From Solirubrobacterales bacterium (GTDB lineage Bacteria > Actinomycetota > Thermoleophilia > Solirubrobacterales > Thermoleophilaceae): DNA of 64,000 nucleotides. Positions within the stretch are counted from its first letter, which is position 1, and each line of letters begins with the position of its first letter. The stretch lies in contig JAAYBF010000185.1 of the NCBI GenBank assembly GCA_012718975.1, forward strand, positions 66-64,065, read 5' to 3'. The notes beneath the pieces were generated by a model. It saw nothing but the letters and a program-made list of their open reading frames with translations, was not told where the DNA came from and searched no databases. Positions 53,356 through 61,875 of the stretch are shown in pieces. A program made the translations under genes and the position numbers.

Positions 53356-53991
53356 TCAGTCCGCCGGGGCGTTCGGCAGGACGGAGCGGTCGCGGACGAC
53401 CTTCGGCGGGTCGACGGAGGTGTCGACCCACATGCAGAAGAAGCGGTCGCGGTCGTCGCGGGCGACGCAGACGCGGAAGTAGTCCTCGCCGTGCTTGGCG
53501 AGGTTGGCGGTCTCGACGTTGCGGATCAGCTCGTCGTCGCCGGAGGCGCGGACGTAGTCGAGGACGGCGCGGCCGGCGGCCTCGGTCGCCTCGGTCTCGG
53601 AGACGATCACCGGCCGGTGCGCGAGGCCGGCGATCACGGTCGCCAGCACGCCGAGCCCGAGCAGCACGGTGGCGGTGCGGTCGCGCAGCACGTCGCGCTC
53701 GGCGTCGCCCAGCGGCGGCCCGCCGGCCGCGGCCAGCTCGGCCGCGCGGCGGTCGGCGAGCCGGCGGGCGATCCAGGGAGCGACCGCGCCGACCAGGATC
53801 AGGTTGCCGAACGTCGCGATCAGCAGGCCCTCGACGAAGTTCAGTCCGATGCCGTCCGCGGTCGAGATCGGGGGCATCAGGTCGAGGATCAGCGCGCCCG
53901 CGAGCGTCGCGGCGGCGAACGCCGGCCACTGCGTCGCCCCGCGCAGCCGCCAGCGCAGGCGGCGGGCCCAGAAGCGCTCGCTGGAGCTCAC
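53356..53991 (-). CDS. Hypothetical membrane protein (two N-terminal TM helices plus a soluble C-terminal domain)
   Basis: The GTG at 53991 is the first start clear of lipB on the opposite strand. The track ORF 53356..54936 is an antisense over-extension. Confidence 0.55.
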   Translation of the reverse strand: MSSSERFWARRLRWRLRGATQWPAFAAATLAGALILDLMPPISTADGIGLNFVEGLLIATFGNLILVGAVAPWIARRLADRRAAELAAAGGPPLGDAERDVLRDRTATVLLGLGVLATVIAGLAHRPVIVSETEATEAAGRAVLDYVRASGDDELIRNVETANLAKHGEDYFRVCVARDDRDRFFCMWVDTSVDPPKVVRDRSVLPNAPAD

Positions 53992-54039
53992 CGCGCCAGC
54001 GTAGCCTGCCCGCGCGGGCGCCTGTCTAAGATCGAAGCC

Positions 54040-54801
54040 GTGTCCGAGCTCTGGGTGACCACGCTGGGTCAGGTGCCCTACGCCGACGCGGCCGCCCTCC
54101 AGGAGCGGCTCCGCGCGGCGCGCCAGGACGACGCGATCCCCGACGTGCTGCTGCTGCTCGAGCACCCGCCCGTCTACACGCGCGGACGGCGCGCGACCGC
54201 CGCCGACCTGCCGCGCGGCGAGTCCTGGTACCGCGACCAGGGCATCGACATCCACGACTCCGACCGCGGCGGCCAGGTCACCTACCACGGACCCGGGCAG
54301 CTCGTCGGCTACCCGATCCTGCGGATCGGCTCGGTGCGCCGCTACGTCGAGGACCTCGAGGCCGCGCTGATCGCCGCGCTCGCCGACGAGGGGATCGCCG
54401 CGCGCGTGCCCGACAAGCTGACCGGCGTCTGGGCCGGCGACGCGAAGATCGCCTCGATCGGGATCCACGTCTCCCGCCACGTCACGATGCACGGCTTCGC
54501 CGTCAACGTCGACAACGACCTCGCGCCGTTCGACTGGGTCTCGGCCTGCGGCGTGCCGGGCGCGCGGATGACGTCGATCGCGCGCGAGAAGGAGGAGCTG
54601 GGAATCGGCGCGGCGTCGATGTCGTGCTTTCGCAAGCGCGCCGCCCACCGGCTCACCGAGCGGCTCGGCCGCCGCCAGCGGCTCGTGACCCCGCCCCGGC
54701 TGCTCGCCGCCGCCGGCATCGGCCCCGGCGACCTGCCGCCGGCGCGGCCGTTCGCCTCCCCGGCCAACTGCGACACGCCGTCGCAGGCCGCCACGCCATA
54801 G
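54040..54801 (+). CDS. lipB: Octanoyltransferase (lipoyl(octanoyl) transferase)
   Basis: Contains LLLLEHPPVYTRGR, RGGQVTYHGPGQLVGYPI and KIASIGIH, canonical LipB motifs. GTG start at 54040. Confidence 0.9.
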   Translation: MSELWVTTLGQVPYADAAALQERLRAARQDDAIPDVLLLLEHPPVYTRGRRATAADLPRGESWYRDQGIDIHDSDRGGQVTYHGPGQLVGYPILRIGSVRRYVEDLEAALIAALADEGIAARVPDKLTGVWAGDAKIASIGIHVSRHVTMHGFAVNVDNDLAPFDWVSACGVPGARMTSIAREKEELGIGAASMSCFRKRAAHRLTERLGRRQRLVTPPRLLAAAGIGPGDLPPARPFASPANCDTPSQAATP

Positions 54802-54814
54802 GCTGGGACCCGAC

Positions 54815-55825
54815 GTGAGCGATCTGCGCATCCACCAGACCCGGTCGCGCGCCAACCCCGGCGGCGTCCGCGACGCCGCCACGGCGCTCGGCGGCGAGGT
54901 GATCGAGTTCGGCGCCCGTAAGCCGAAGTGGTTCAAGGTCCCCGCCCCCGGCGGCGAGCGTTACCGCGAGCTGCGCAAGCTGATGGACAGCGAGGGGCTG
55001 CACACCGTCTGCCAGGAGGCGGCCTGCCCGAACATCGGCGAGTGCTGGGAGACCGGCAGCGCCACGTTCATGATCCTCGGCGACACCTGCACCCGCCGCT
55101 GCGGCTTCTGCAACGTCAAGACCGGCAAGCCGACCCACAACGACCCGCTCGAGCCGCTGCGGGTCGCCCAGTCGGTCAAGCGGATGGACCTCCGCCACGC
55201 CGTCATCACCAGCGTCGACCGCGACGACCTGCCCGACCTCGGCGCCTCGGCGTTCGTCGGGGTGATCCGCTCGATCCGCCGCTTCTCGCCCGGCACGAAG
55301 GTCGAGGTGCTCACCCCGGACTTCCGCGGCGAGGAGATGCCGCTCGCGCGCGTGATCGCCGAGCGGCCCGACGTCTTCAACCACAACGTCGAGACGGTGC
55401 CGCGGCTCTACCCGCTCGCGCGGCGCGGCTCGAAGTTCCTGCGCTCCTGCCGCGTGCTGCGCAACGCGAAGGAGATGGGCGGCGAGGGCGTCGTGACGAA
55501 GTCGGGCCTGATGACGGGCCTGGGCGAGTCGCGCGAGGAGCTGCTCGACACCTTCGGGCAGCTGCGCGAGCACGGCGTCCAGGTGCTGACCGTCGGCCAG
55601 TACCTGCGCCCGACGCGCAACCACCTGCCGGTCGTCCGCTACTGGCACCCCGACGAGTTCGCCGACCTCGAGCGTGAGGCCTACAAGATGGGCTTCGAGG
55701 CCGTCGCGGCGGGGCCGCTGGTGCGGTCGAGCTACTTCGCCGAGCAGACGCTCGAGCGGGCCGCCGCGCGCGAGGCCGCGGCCCGTCCCGCGGCCGCCGC
55801 CGCCCCAGCAGCCGCGGCCGGGTGA
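54815..55825 (+). CDS. lipA: Lipoyl synthase
   Basis: Contains the clusters CQEAACPNIGEC and the radical-SAM motif CTRRCGFC, plus SGLMTGLGE and RSSY. Confidence 0.95.
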   Translation: MSDLRIHQTRSRANPGGVRDAATALGGEVIEFGARKPKWFKVPAPGGERYRELRKLMDSEGLHTVCQEAACPNIGECWETGSATFMILGDTCTRRCGFCNVKTGKPTHNDPLEPLRVAQSVKRMDLRHAVITSVDRDDLPDLGASAFVGVIRSIRRFSPGTKVEVLTPDFRGEEMPLARVIAERPDVFNHNVETVPRLYPLARRGSKFLRSCRVLRNAKEMGGEGVVTKSGLMTGLGESREELLDTFGQLREHGVQVLTVGQYLRPTRNHLPVVRYWHPDEFADLEREAYKMGFEAVAAGPLVRSSYFAEQTLERAAAREAAARPAAAAAPAAAAG

Positions 55826-55866
55826 GTTCGACGTTTCGGACGTATGTCGTCCGAAACGTCGAACTC
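55824..55866 (+). terminator. Perfect 19-bp-stem hairpin overlapping the lipA stop codon
   Basis: GAGTTCGACGTTTCGGACG-tatgt-CGTCCGAAACGTCGAACTC. It is not followed by a T-tract. Confidence 0.55.
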
Positions 55867-55919
55867 GGCATCGATCGCGGTCGAGGACAGCGGCCGCGGA
55901 CGGCGAAGCTAGCGGTGGG

Positions 55920-56099
55920 ATGAGCGGGCGGACGTTGGCACTGTCGGGGGCGCTGGCGCTCGTCGCGATCCTCGGCGCGCTGACCCTGCGGGTGATGTTC
56001 GTCTACGGGATCGACGTGCTCGTGGTGATCTCGCTGGCGATCGTCGCGTTCGTCGGATTCGGGGTGATCGGCGCGCTGCGCCACCCGCCGGAGGGATGA
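55920..56099 (+). CDS. Small (59 aa) two-TM membrane protein, hypothetical
   Basis: The product MSGRTLALSGALALVAILGALTLRVMFVYGIDVLVVISLAIVAFVGFGVIGAL has its stop overlapping the next ATG (ATGA). Confidence 0.5.
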   Translation: MSGRTLALSGALALVAILGALTLRVMFVYGIDVLVVISLAIVAFVGFGVIGALRHPPEG

Positions 56100-57094
56100 G
56101 CGTGCGGCGCCGCCGTCACGGGCCGACGTTCAGGCGCCGACGGCGCACGACCACCCGCCGCGCCGCCGCGATCGCCGCCCAGGTGGCGCTCGTCGCCGCG
56201 GCGGTCTTCCTCGCCCTCTGGGCGGTGCTCGGCGGTCGCGACGGTGACAGCCCGGCCCCGTCGGCCGCGGCGTCCGCGGTCGCCTCCGAGCCGGCGCCGC
56301 CCGGCTCGTTCGAGAGCCGCTCGCCGGCACCGATCCGGATGATCCCCGAGGACGCGTTCGCGGTCCGCTGGCGCAAGCCGCCGCGGGCGGCGCTGGTGTT
56401 CGACATGCGCACCGGCGAGTCGCTCTACCGGCGCGCGGCGCGGCGCGAGTACCCGATCGCGAGCCTGACGAAGATCATGACCGCGCTCGCGGTGACGGCG
56501 GCGACCGAGCCGGATGAGGCGGTGACGGTGCCGCGCGGCCTCCGGTACGAGGGCTCGGCGGTGGGACTGCTCCCGAAGGGCCGGCGGGTGCGGGCCGAGC
56601 CGCTGCTCGGCGGCCTGATGATCGTCTCGGGCAACGACGCCGCGATCGTGCTCGCCCGCCACGTGTCGGGAACCGTCGCGCGGTTCGTCGCCCTGATGAA
56701 CGAGCAGGCGCGGCTGTGGGAACTCGGCTGCACGCGCTTCGAGACGCCGCACGGGCTCTCCGACGGCGACCGGTCGTGCGCGGTCGACCTGGCGGTGATG
56801 ACACGGCTGGCGATGCGGCGGCCGCGGATCGCCGCCGTCGCCGGGGCGGCGCAGGCCAGCTACCGGTTCCCGATCGAGGGCGGCAAGCTCTACCTGTCGG
56901 GCCACAACCCGCTGATCCGCGCCGGCTACCGCGGCGCGACTGGCCTGAAGACCGGCTACACCGACGCCGCCGGCCGGTGCTTCGTCGGCGTCGCCCGCCG
57001 CGGCGGGCGCTCCTACGGGGTCGTCCTGCTCGACTCGCCCGACCCGGGCCGCCAGGCCGCCCGGCTGCTCGACCTGGCGTTCGCGACCGGTTGA
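56096..57094 (+). CDS. D-alanyl-D-alanine carboxypeptidase (peptidase S11, PBP5-like)
   Basis: SxxK (ASLTK), SxN (SGND) and KTG (KTGYT) motifs occur in the correct order after an N-terminal TM/signal anchor. Confidence 0.88.
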   Translation: MSVRRRRHGPTFRRRRRTTTRRAAAIAAQVALVAAAVFLALWAVLGGRDGDSPAPSAAASAVASEPAPPGSFESRSPAPIRMIPEDAFAVRWRKPPRAALVFDMRTGESLYRRAARREYPIASLTKIMTALAVTAATEPDEAVTVPRGLRYEGSAVGLLPKGRRVRAEPLLGGLMIVSGNDAAIVLARHVSGTVARFVALMNEQARLWELGCTRFETPHGLSDGDRSCAVDLAVMTRLAMRRPRIAAVAGAAQASYRFPIEGGKLYLSGHNPLIRAGYRGATGLKTGYTDAAGRCFVGVARRGGRSYGVVLLDSPDPGRQAARLLDLAFATG

Positions 57095-57152
57095 GCCGAC
57101 GGCGGGGCTAGTGTCCCCGCCCCGCAGCCGCCGCCGACGACCTGGAGACGCG

Positions 57153-58223
57153 ATGACGCACACCACCCGGACCCTCTCGACGCTGTTCGCGACAGCTGCC
57201 GCCACCGTCGCCGCGCTGGCGGGCGCCGGCGCCACGCTGGCGATCGTGGACGGCCAGCCGGTGCGGCCGGCCGACTACCCCTACTTCACCGTCGTCGGCG
57301 CCGGCTGCGGCGGCACGCTGATCGCCCCCAAGCGCGTGCTGACCGCCGCCCACTGCCGCGAAGCCGTCGACACCCGTCCCGTCGTGCGGGTCGGGCCGGA
57401 CGGCGTGCGGCGCCGGGTGGTCCTGCGCGCGATCCATCCGCTCCATGTCCGTGAGCTGGCGAAGATGGAGCGGGAGTTCCCGCCCCCGGCCGCCGACCTG
57501 ATGCTGCTCGCGCTCGACCGCCCCGTGTCCGGTGTTCCGCTCGCGCGAATCGCCACCCCGGGCGACGGACTGACGGCCCCCGGGACCGGCGCCTTCGCGA
57601 TCGGGCGCGGCGCGACCGCCAGCGACGGTGGCGGGGCGGGACCGCTCCGGGGTGGCGCGGTCGAGATCCAGGCGCCGTCACGCTGCGCCGACCAGCTCCC
57701 CACCCGCCTGCTGCGCCGCTGGTCGCTCTGCACCCGGGACCCGCGCATGGACGACCCGACGTTCCCGGGACCGTTCGTGTCGGCCTGCGTCGGTGACAGT
57801 GGCAGCCCGCTGCTCGCCGGGGACGGCGACCGGCCGCTTGTGGTCGGGGTGGTCAGCTGGGGCCCGCGGTGCGGCGAGGAGCGGGACCCGGAGCTGTACG
57901 CGAACGCGGTCGTCGGGCGGCGGTTCGCGCTCGCGCGCCGGCCGATCTGGGCCCCAGCGACCCGTGGACGGCCGTGGATCGCCGGACGGGTGGCGGTCGG
58001 CGCGACTGTCCGCTGCGCCGTCCGCTGGCTGGTGCGGCCGACGCGCCAGCTGCGCTTCTCGTTCGTGCTCGACGGCCGGCAGATCCAGTCGAGCCGCCGC
58101 GCCCGCCTGCGGCTGCGCGCCGCGCACGCCGGCGGCCGGCTGAGCTGCGACGTGACCGGCGCAACCGCGGGAGGCCGCGTGGGAACGCCCCTCTCGCGCG
58201 CCCGCCGCGTCGCCGCCGGCTGA
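57153..58223 (+). CDS. Secreted trypsin-like (S1) serine protease with a C-terminal extra domain
   Basis: Contains IVDGQPV, LTAAHC, DLMLL and GDSGSPL. The ATG at 57153 has GGAG upstream and a signal-like TLSTLFATAAATVAALAGAGA. Confidence 0.85.
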   Translation: MTHTTRTLSTLFATAAATVAALAGAGATLAIVDGQPVRPADYPYFTVVGAGCGGTLIAPKRVLTAAHCREAVDTRPVVRVGPDGVRRRVVLRAIHPLHVRELAKMEREFPPPAADLMLLALDRPVSGVPLARIATPGDGLTAPGTGAFAIGRGATASDGGGAGPLRGGAVEIQAPSRCADQLPTRLLRRWSLCTRDPRMDDPTFPGPFVSACVGDSGSPLLAGDGDRPLVVGVVSWGPRCGEERDPELYANAVVGRRFALARRPIWAPATRGRPWIAGRVAVGATVRCAVRWLVRPTRQLRFSFVLDGRQIQSSRRARLRLRAAHAGGRLSCDVTGATAGGRVGTPLSRARRVAAG

Positions 58224-58340
58224 GGCGGGCGGCCGCGGGCCGCGCATGCCGACACGCGGTCGCGGGCATGACCGATGTCATGGCGAAGACAGGCCGCGCG
58301 CCACTGGTGGCGCGCCATGGCCGCGCCTAGCGTGACCGGC

Positions 58341-59456
58341 ATGAATCACGACACGACGACAACCGACAGGAGGCGGCGACGCCTGCTGCGCTGGGCGGCC
58401 CCGGCGCTCGGGGTGGCGTGGCTGTGGCCGCTCGCGATCGCGTTCGCGGTCTCCGAGCCGACCGGCGGCGAAATCGCGCTCGTCGCGGCGGGGCTGGCGA
58501 CCTTCGGGATCGTGTTCCTGCTCGCGGCCGACGGGCGGGCGCTCGCCGTGACGGTTCCGGCGCTACTCGCGATCGCCACCGCGCTCACGCTCACCGCCGA
58601 CCCAGCGTTCGGCTGGCTCTACGCCTGGCCGGCCGCGGCGGCGACGGTCCGCCTCGACCGCGGCCGGGCGGCAGCCGTCCTCGTGGCGACCGTCGCGCTC
58701 GCCGCCGCGGCGATGGCGGCCGCCGGTGCCCCGTCCGGGGTCCTGTTGAGCGCGACCGGCGGGGTCGCGGCGCTCGGCGCGCTCTGGCTGGTGATCGGCC
58801 GGCTGATGCGGACCAGCGAGCAGCTTCGCGCGGCGCGAGCCGACCTCGCGGAGCTGGCCGTCGCCGAGGAGCGGCTGCGCTTCGCGCGCGACCTCCACGA
58901 CCTCCTCGGCCACGACCTCTCCGTCATCGCGCTGAAAGCCGAGCTGGCTGGGCGGCTGCTGCAGCGGCAACCTGAGCGGGCGGCGGAGGAGATCGGCGTG
59001 GTCAGTGACCTGACCCGCGCCGCGCTGCGCCAGGTGCGCGACGCGGTCGACGGCTACCGCCGGCCGACGCTCGCGAGCGAGCTCGCGGGAGCACGACTGG
59101 CGCTCGACGCCGCGGGTATCGAGTTGCGGGTCGAGGGCGACGGCGCGCCGCTCCACGGGGAGGTCGAGGAGGTGCTCGCCTGGGCGGTCCGCGAGGGCGC
59201 CACCAACGCGATCCGCCACAGCGCCGCCCGCCACGCGGCGATCGTGCTGCAGGCGTGCGGCGGCACCGCCGAGCTCGAGATCGCCGACGACGGACGCGGC
59301 GCCCCCGGGGCGGCACCTTCGGGACACGGTCTGACCGGGCTGCGCGAGCGCGTCCAGTCGATCGGCGGGACGGTCGAGGCCGGCGCCCGCCCCGGCGGCG
59401 GCTTCCGGCTGAAGGTCCGCGCTCCGGCCACTCCCGGACCGTCCGCGACCGCGTGA
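58341..59456 (+). CDS. Sensor histidine kinase (HisKA_3, DesK/LiaS/NarX-type)
   Basis: Multiple N-terminal TM helices, an H-box RLRFARDLHDLLGHDLS and an HATPase region (EGATNAIRHS, DDGRG, GHGLTGLRERV). The start is uncertain (58275, 58317 or 58341). Confidence 0.85.
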   Translation: MNHDTTTTDRRRRRLLRWAAPALGVAWLWPLAIAFAVSEPTGGEIALVAAGLATFGIVFLLAADGRALAVTVPALLAIATALTLTADPAFGWLYAWPAAAATVRLDRGRAAAVLVATVALAAAAMAAAGAPSGVLLSATGGVAALGALWLVIGRLMRTSEQLRAARADLAELAVAEERLRFARDLHDLLGHDLSVIALKAELAGRLLQRQPERAAEEIGVVSDLTRAALRQVRDAVDGYRRPTLASELAGARLALDAAGIELRVEGDGAPLHGEVEEVLAWAVREGATNAIRHSAARHAAIVLQACGGTAELEIADDGRGAPGAAPSGHGLTGLRERVQSIGGTVEAGARPGGGFRLKVRAPATPGPSATA

Positions 59457-60058
59457 TCGGCGTTCTGCTCGCCGAGGACCAGGCGCTCGTCCGGGGCGCG
59501 CTGGCGAGCCTGCTCGGCCTCGAGGAGGACATCGAGGTGGTGGCGGAGGTCGGTGCCGGGGACGAAGTGGTGGCCGCGGCCGAGGCCTGCCGTCCCGACG
59601 TCGCGCTGCTCGACATCGGGCTGCCCGGCCGCGACGGACTGGCGGTCGCCGAGGAGCTGGGCGAACGGCTACCGACCGTGCGGGTGGTGATGCTCACCAC
59701 GTTCAACCGGCCCGGCTACCTGCGCCGCGCGATGGAGGCTGGAGCGGCGGGCTTCCTACTCAAGGACGCTCCGGCGGCGGAGCTGGCCCGGGCGGTGCGG
59801 ACGGCGGCGGCGGGACGGCGGGTGGTCGATCCGGGGCTGGCCGCCGCCGCGCTCGAACAGGGCGAGAGCCCGCTGACCCCGCGTGAGCGGGAGGTCCTCG
59901 ACCGCTCACGCGATAACGGGACCGTCGCCGAGCTCGCGGACGCGCTCCACCTCTCGCCCGGCACGACCCGCAACCACCTGTCGGCGATCATGCGAAAGCT
60001 CGACGTCCACAGCCGGATCGAGGCGATCCGCGTCGCCGAGGAGCGCGGCTGGCTGTGA
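59453..60058 (+). CDS. NarL/LuxR-family response regulator
   Basis: GTG at 59453 (GTGA overlap with the kinase). It has a receiver domain (VLLAEDQ, DVALLDIGLPGRDG) and a LuxR HTH (LTPREREVL...ELADALHLSPGTTRNHLSAIMRKL). Confidence 0.9.
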   Translation: MIGVLLAEDQALVRGALASLLGLEEDIEVVAEVGAGDEVVAAAEACRPDVALLDIGLPGRDGLAVAEELGERLPTVRVVMLTTFNRPGYLRRAMEAGAAGFLLKDAPAAELARAVRTAAAGRRVVDPGLAAAALEQGESPLTPREREVLDRSRDNGTVAELADALHLSPGTTRNHLSAIMRKLDVHSRIEAIRVAEERGWL

Positions 60059-60105
60059 TCCGTCCGGCCGTGGACCGGGCGGGGCGCGGCGCGTAGATTG
60101 GTCGG

Positions 60106-61072
60106 ATGACCTCGACCGACGTCGCGGAGCTCGCGGCCGACCGTGCGGCCACCAGGCCCGCCGCCGCCGGCTTCGGTCACTGGCCGGCGGTACGCGCCGC
60201 GGCGGTCGTCGCCTACCTAGCGGCGCTGGTCGCCTGGTCGTTCCGCTACGGCATCCCGATCCAGCGCGAGCTGGTGATCGCGTGGACGTGCGGGGCGCTC
60301 GCGTGCGCGTCGCTGGGGCGGAGCCCGCGGCAGATCGTCTGGCTGGTGCGCGACTGGCTGCCGCTGGTGGCGATCCTGCTCGCCTACGACTTCACCCGCG
60401 GAGCGGCGGACTCGCTCGGCATCGCCGTGAACGTGACGCCGATGATCGACTTCGACCGGTTCGTTCCTCGGCGACACTCCGACCGAGTGGCTCCAGGCCA
60501 AGCTCGACGAGCCGGGTGTGGTGCGCTGGTGGGACGTCGCGTTCACGGTCGTCTACACGTCCTACTTCATCGTCCCGTTCGCGGTCGCGGGGGTGCTCTG
60601 GATTCGGGACCGGCTCGCGTTCCTGCGCTTCACGCGGCGGCTGGTGAGCCTGGCGCTCGCCGGGCTGGCCATCTACATCCTGTATCCGGCCGCGCCACCG
60701 TGGATGGCGGCGCAGGAGGGCCTGCTGGAGGGGGTGCGGCGCACCACCGCCGACGGCTGGAGCACGATCGGCATGGGCACCGCGGGCCTCTTCTCGAAGG
60801 GTCAGGCGAGCGTCAACCTCGTCGCGGCGATGCCGTCGCTGCACTCGGCGTTCACGGCCCTGGTGTCGATGTTCCTCTGGCGCCGGGTGAGCGTGTGGTG
60901 GCGGCCGCTGCTCGTCGCGTATCCGCTCGCCATGGGTCTGACCCTGATCGCCACCGGCGAGCACTACTTCGTCGACGTCCTGCTCGGCTGGGCCTACGCC
61001 GGCGCCGTCATGGCCGCCTGGACCTTCTGGGAGCGCCGCCGCGGCCTGCCGGCCGTCGCTGACGGCCGCTGA
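60106..61072 (+). pseudogene. PAP2-family (PAP2_3 / inositol-phosphorylceramide-synthase-like) membrane phosphatase, apparently frameshifted
   Basis: The N-terminal part is in frame 60106 up to MIDFDRFV. The conserved continuation FLGDTPTEWLQAKLDEPGVVRWWDVAFTVVYTSYF...PSLHSAF...GEHYFVDVLLG is in the +1 frame, open from 60446 to 61072. The switch maps to about 60460-60466. Confidence 0.6.
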
Positions 61073-61122
61073 GCCGCGCCGCCTGGCCGCCCCGCCCCCG
61101 CCATGCGAACATGTGCGACGAA

Positions 61123-61195
61123 GGGGCCATAGCTCAGCTGGAAGAGCGCCTGCTTTGCAAGCAGGAGGTCGCCGGTTCGAGCCCGGCTGGCTCCA
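61123..61195 (+). tRNA. tRNA-Ala(TGC): tRNA-Ala (anticodon TGC)
   Basis: Folds as a cloverleaf by hand: acceptor GGGGCCA/TGGCTCC (with the G3:U70 identity pair), D arm GCTC-AGCTGGAA-GAGC, anticodon arm CCTGC-TTTGCAA-GCAGG and T arm GCCGG-TTCGAGC-CCGGC. CCA is not encoded. Confidence 0.95.
61153..61195 (+). repeat. Left copy (inside tRNA-Ala) of the 42/43-nt direct repeat, att-like
   Basis: CTTTGCAAGCAGGAGGTCGCCGGTTCGAGCCCGGCTGGCTCCA is repeated at 63153-63194 with a single C deletion. Confidence 0.85.
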
Positions 61196-61390
61196 TTCGC
61201 GGGATTCGTGGCCAGCAGCGAGATGGCTGGTCACGGACCACGGAGGGGACGCGTGCCGGCGGTGCCGCTTGGAAGCGATTTGGAAGCGCCCGAGCCGCTT
61301 CTGGGCTCGGATTTCCTTGGCCGGTGCCGCTCCTGCCCGATACGTTCGCCGCCGTTGTCGTATCCAGCAACCGCAAGGGAGCGAGCGGCC

Positions 61391-61681
61391 ATGGCCATCA
61401 CCCTCAACCGGGAGCAGCGCGACGCGATGTACTCGCAGCTCCGAACCGACATCACGGGCTTCAACGACATCGAGCTGAACCTGCGAGCCGGCGACTTCGA
61501 CGCGGCGCGCCGCCAGAGCCAGCGAATGTCCGGGACGGCCGCCTGCTCGACGGCCTCGCTGAATAGGAGCATTCAGCCTCGACTATCGCAGAGCAGCGAT
61601 CTCGTGGTCGGGGCGCGACGGTATGCGGTAGTTCCCCAGGTCGAGGTGGAGGTCATCGACCTTGACATCGACAACGGGTAA
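61391..61681 (+). CDS. Hypothetical small protein (island)
   Basis: The ATG is preceded by AGGGAG, and the N-terminal 55 aa have plausible composition (MAITLNREQRDAMYSQLRTDITGFNDIELNLRAGDFDAARR). The 3' third is doubtful and competes with a minus-strand fragment. Confidence 0.3.
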   Translation: MAITLNREQRDAMYSQLRTDITGFNDIELNLRAGDFDAARRQSQRMSGTAACSTASLNRSIQPRLSQSSDLVVGARRYAVVPQVEVEVIDLDIDNG

Positions 61682-61875
61682 CGGTTTGCACGCCATAGCT
61701 CTCTCCCTAGCAACCGCCATCTTGGGCTGCGAGGCTCCGGCAGAACTCGCGAGACCCTCGGGTCGAGGGCTGCGGTGCACACCAGTTCTGGCCATTGGCC
61801 ACTTGCGCACGGAACGGGGGGGCGGTTGGCCCCTGCTACCTGTTCTGGCGCGTCCTCCAGGCCGGGACGGCGAGG

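Noticed and set aside
60446-60470. Programmed ribosomal frameshifting as an explanation for the split PAP2 gene.
   Set aside because: There is no X-XXY-YYZ slippery heptamer or obvious downstream stimulatory structure at the junction. A mutation or a sequencing error is more parsimonious.
61231-61572. A 113-aa minus-strand ORF inside the island.
   Set aside because: It shares third-codon positions with the plus-strand ORF 61391..61681, so GC3 cannot discriminate between them. Its Ser/Arg-rich composition looks like an antisense shadow.
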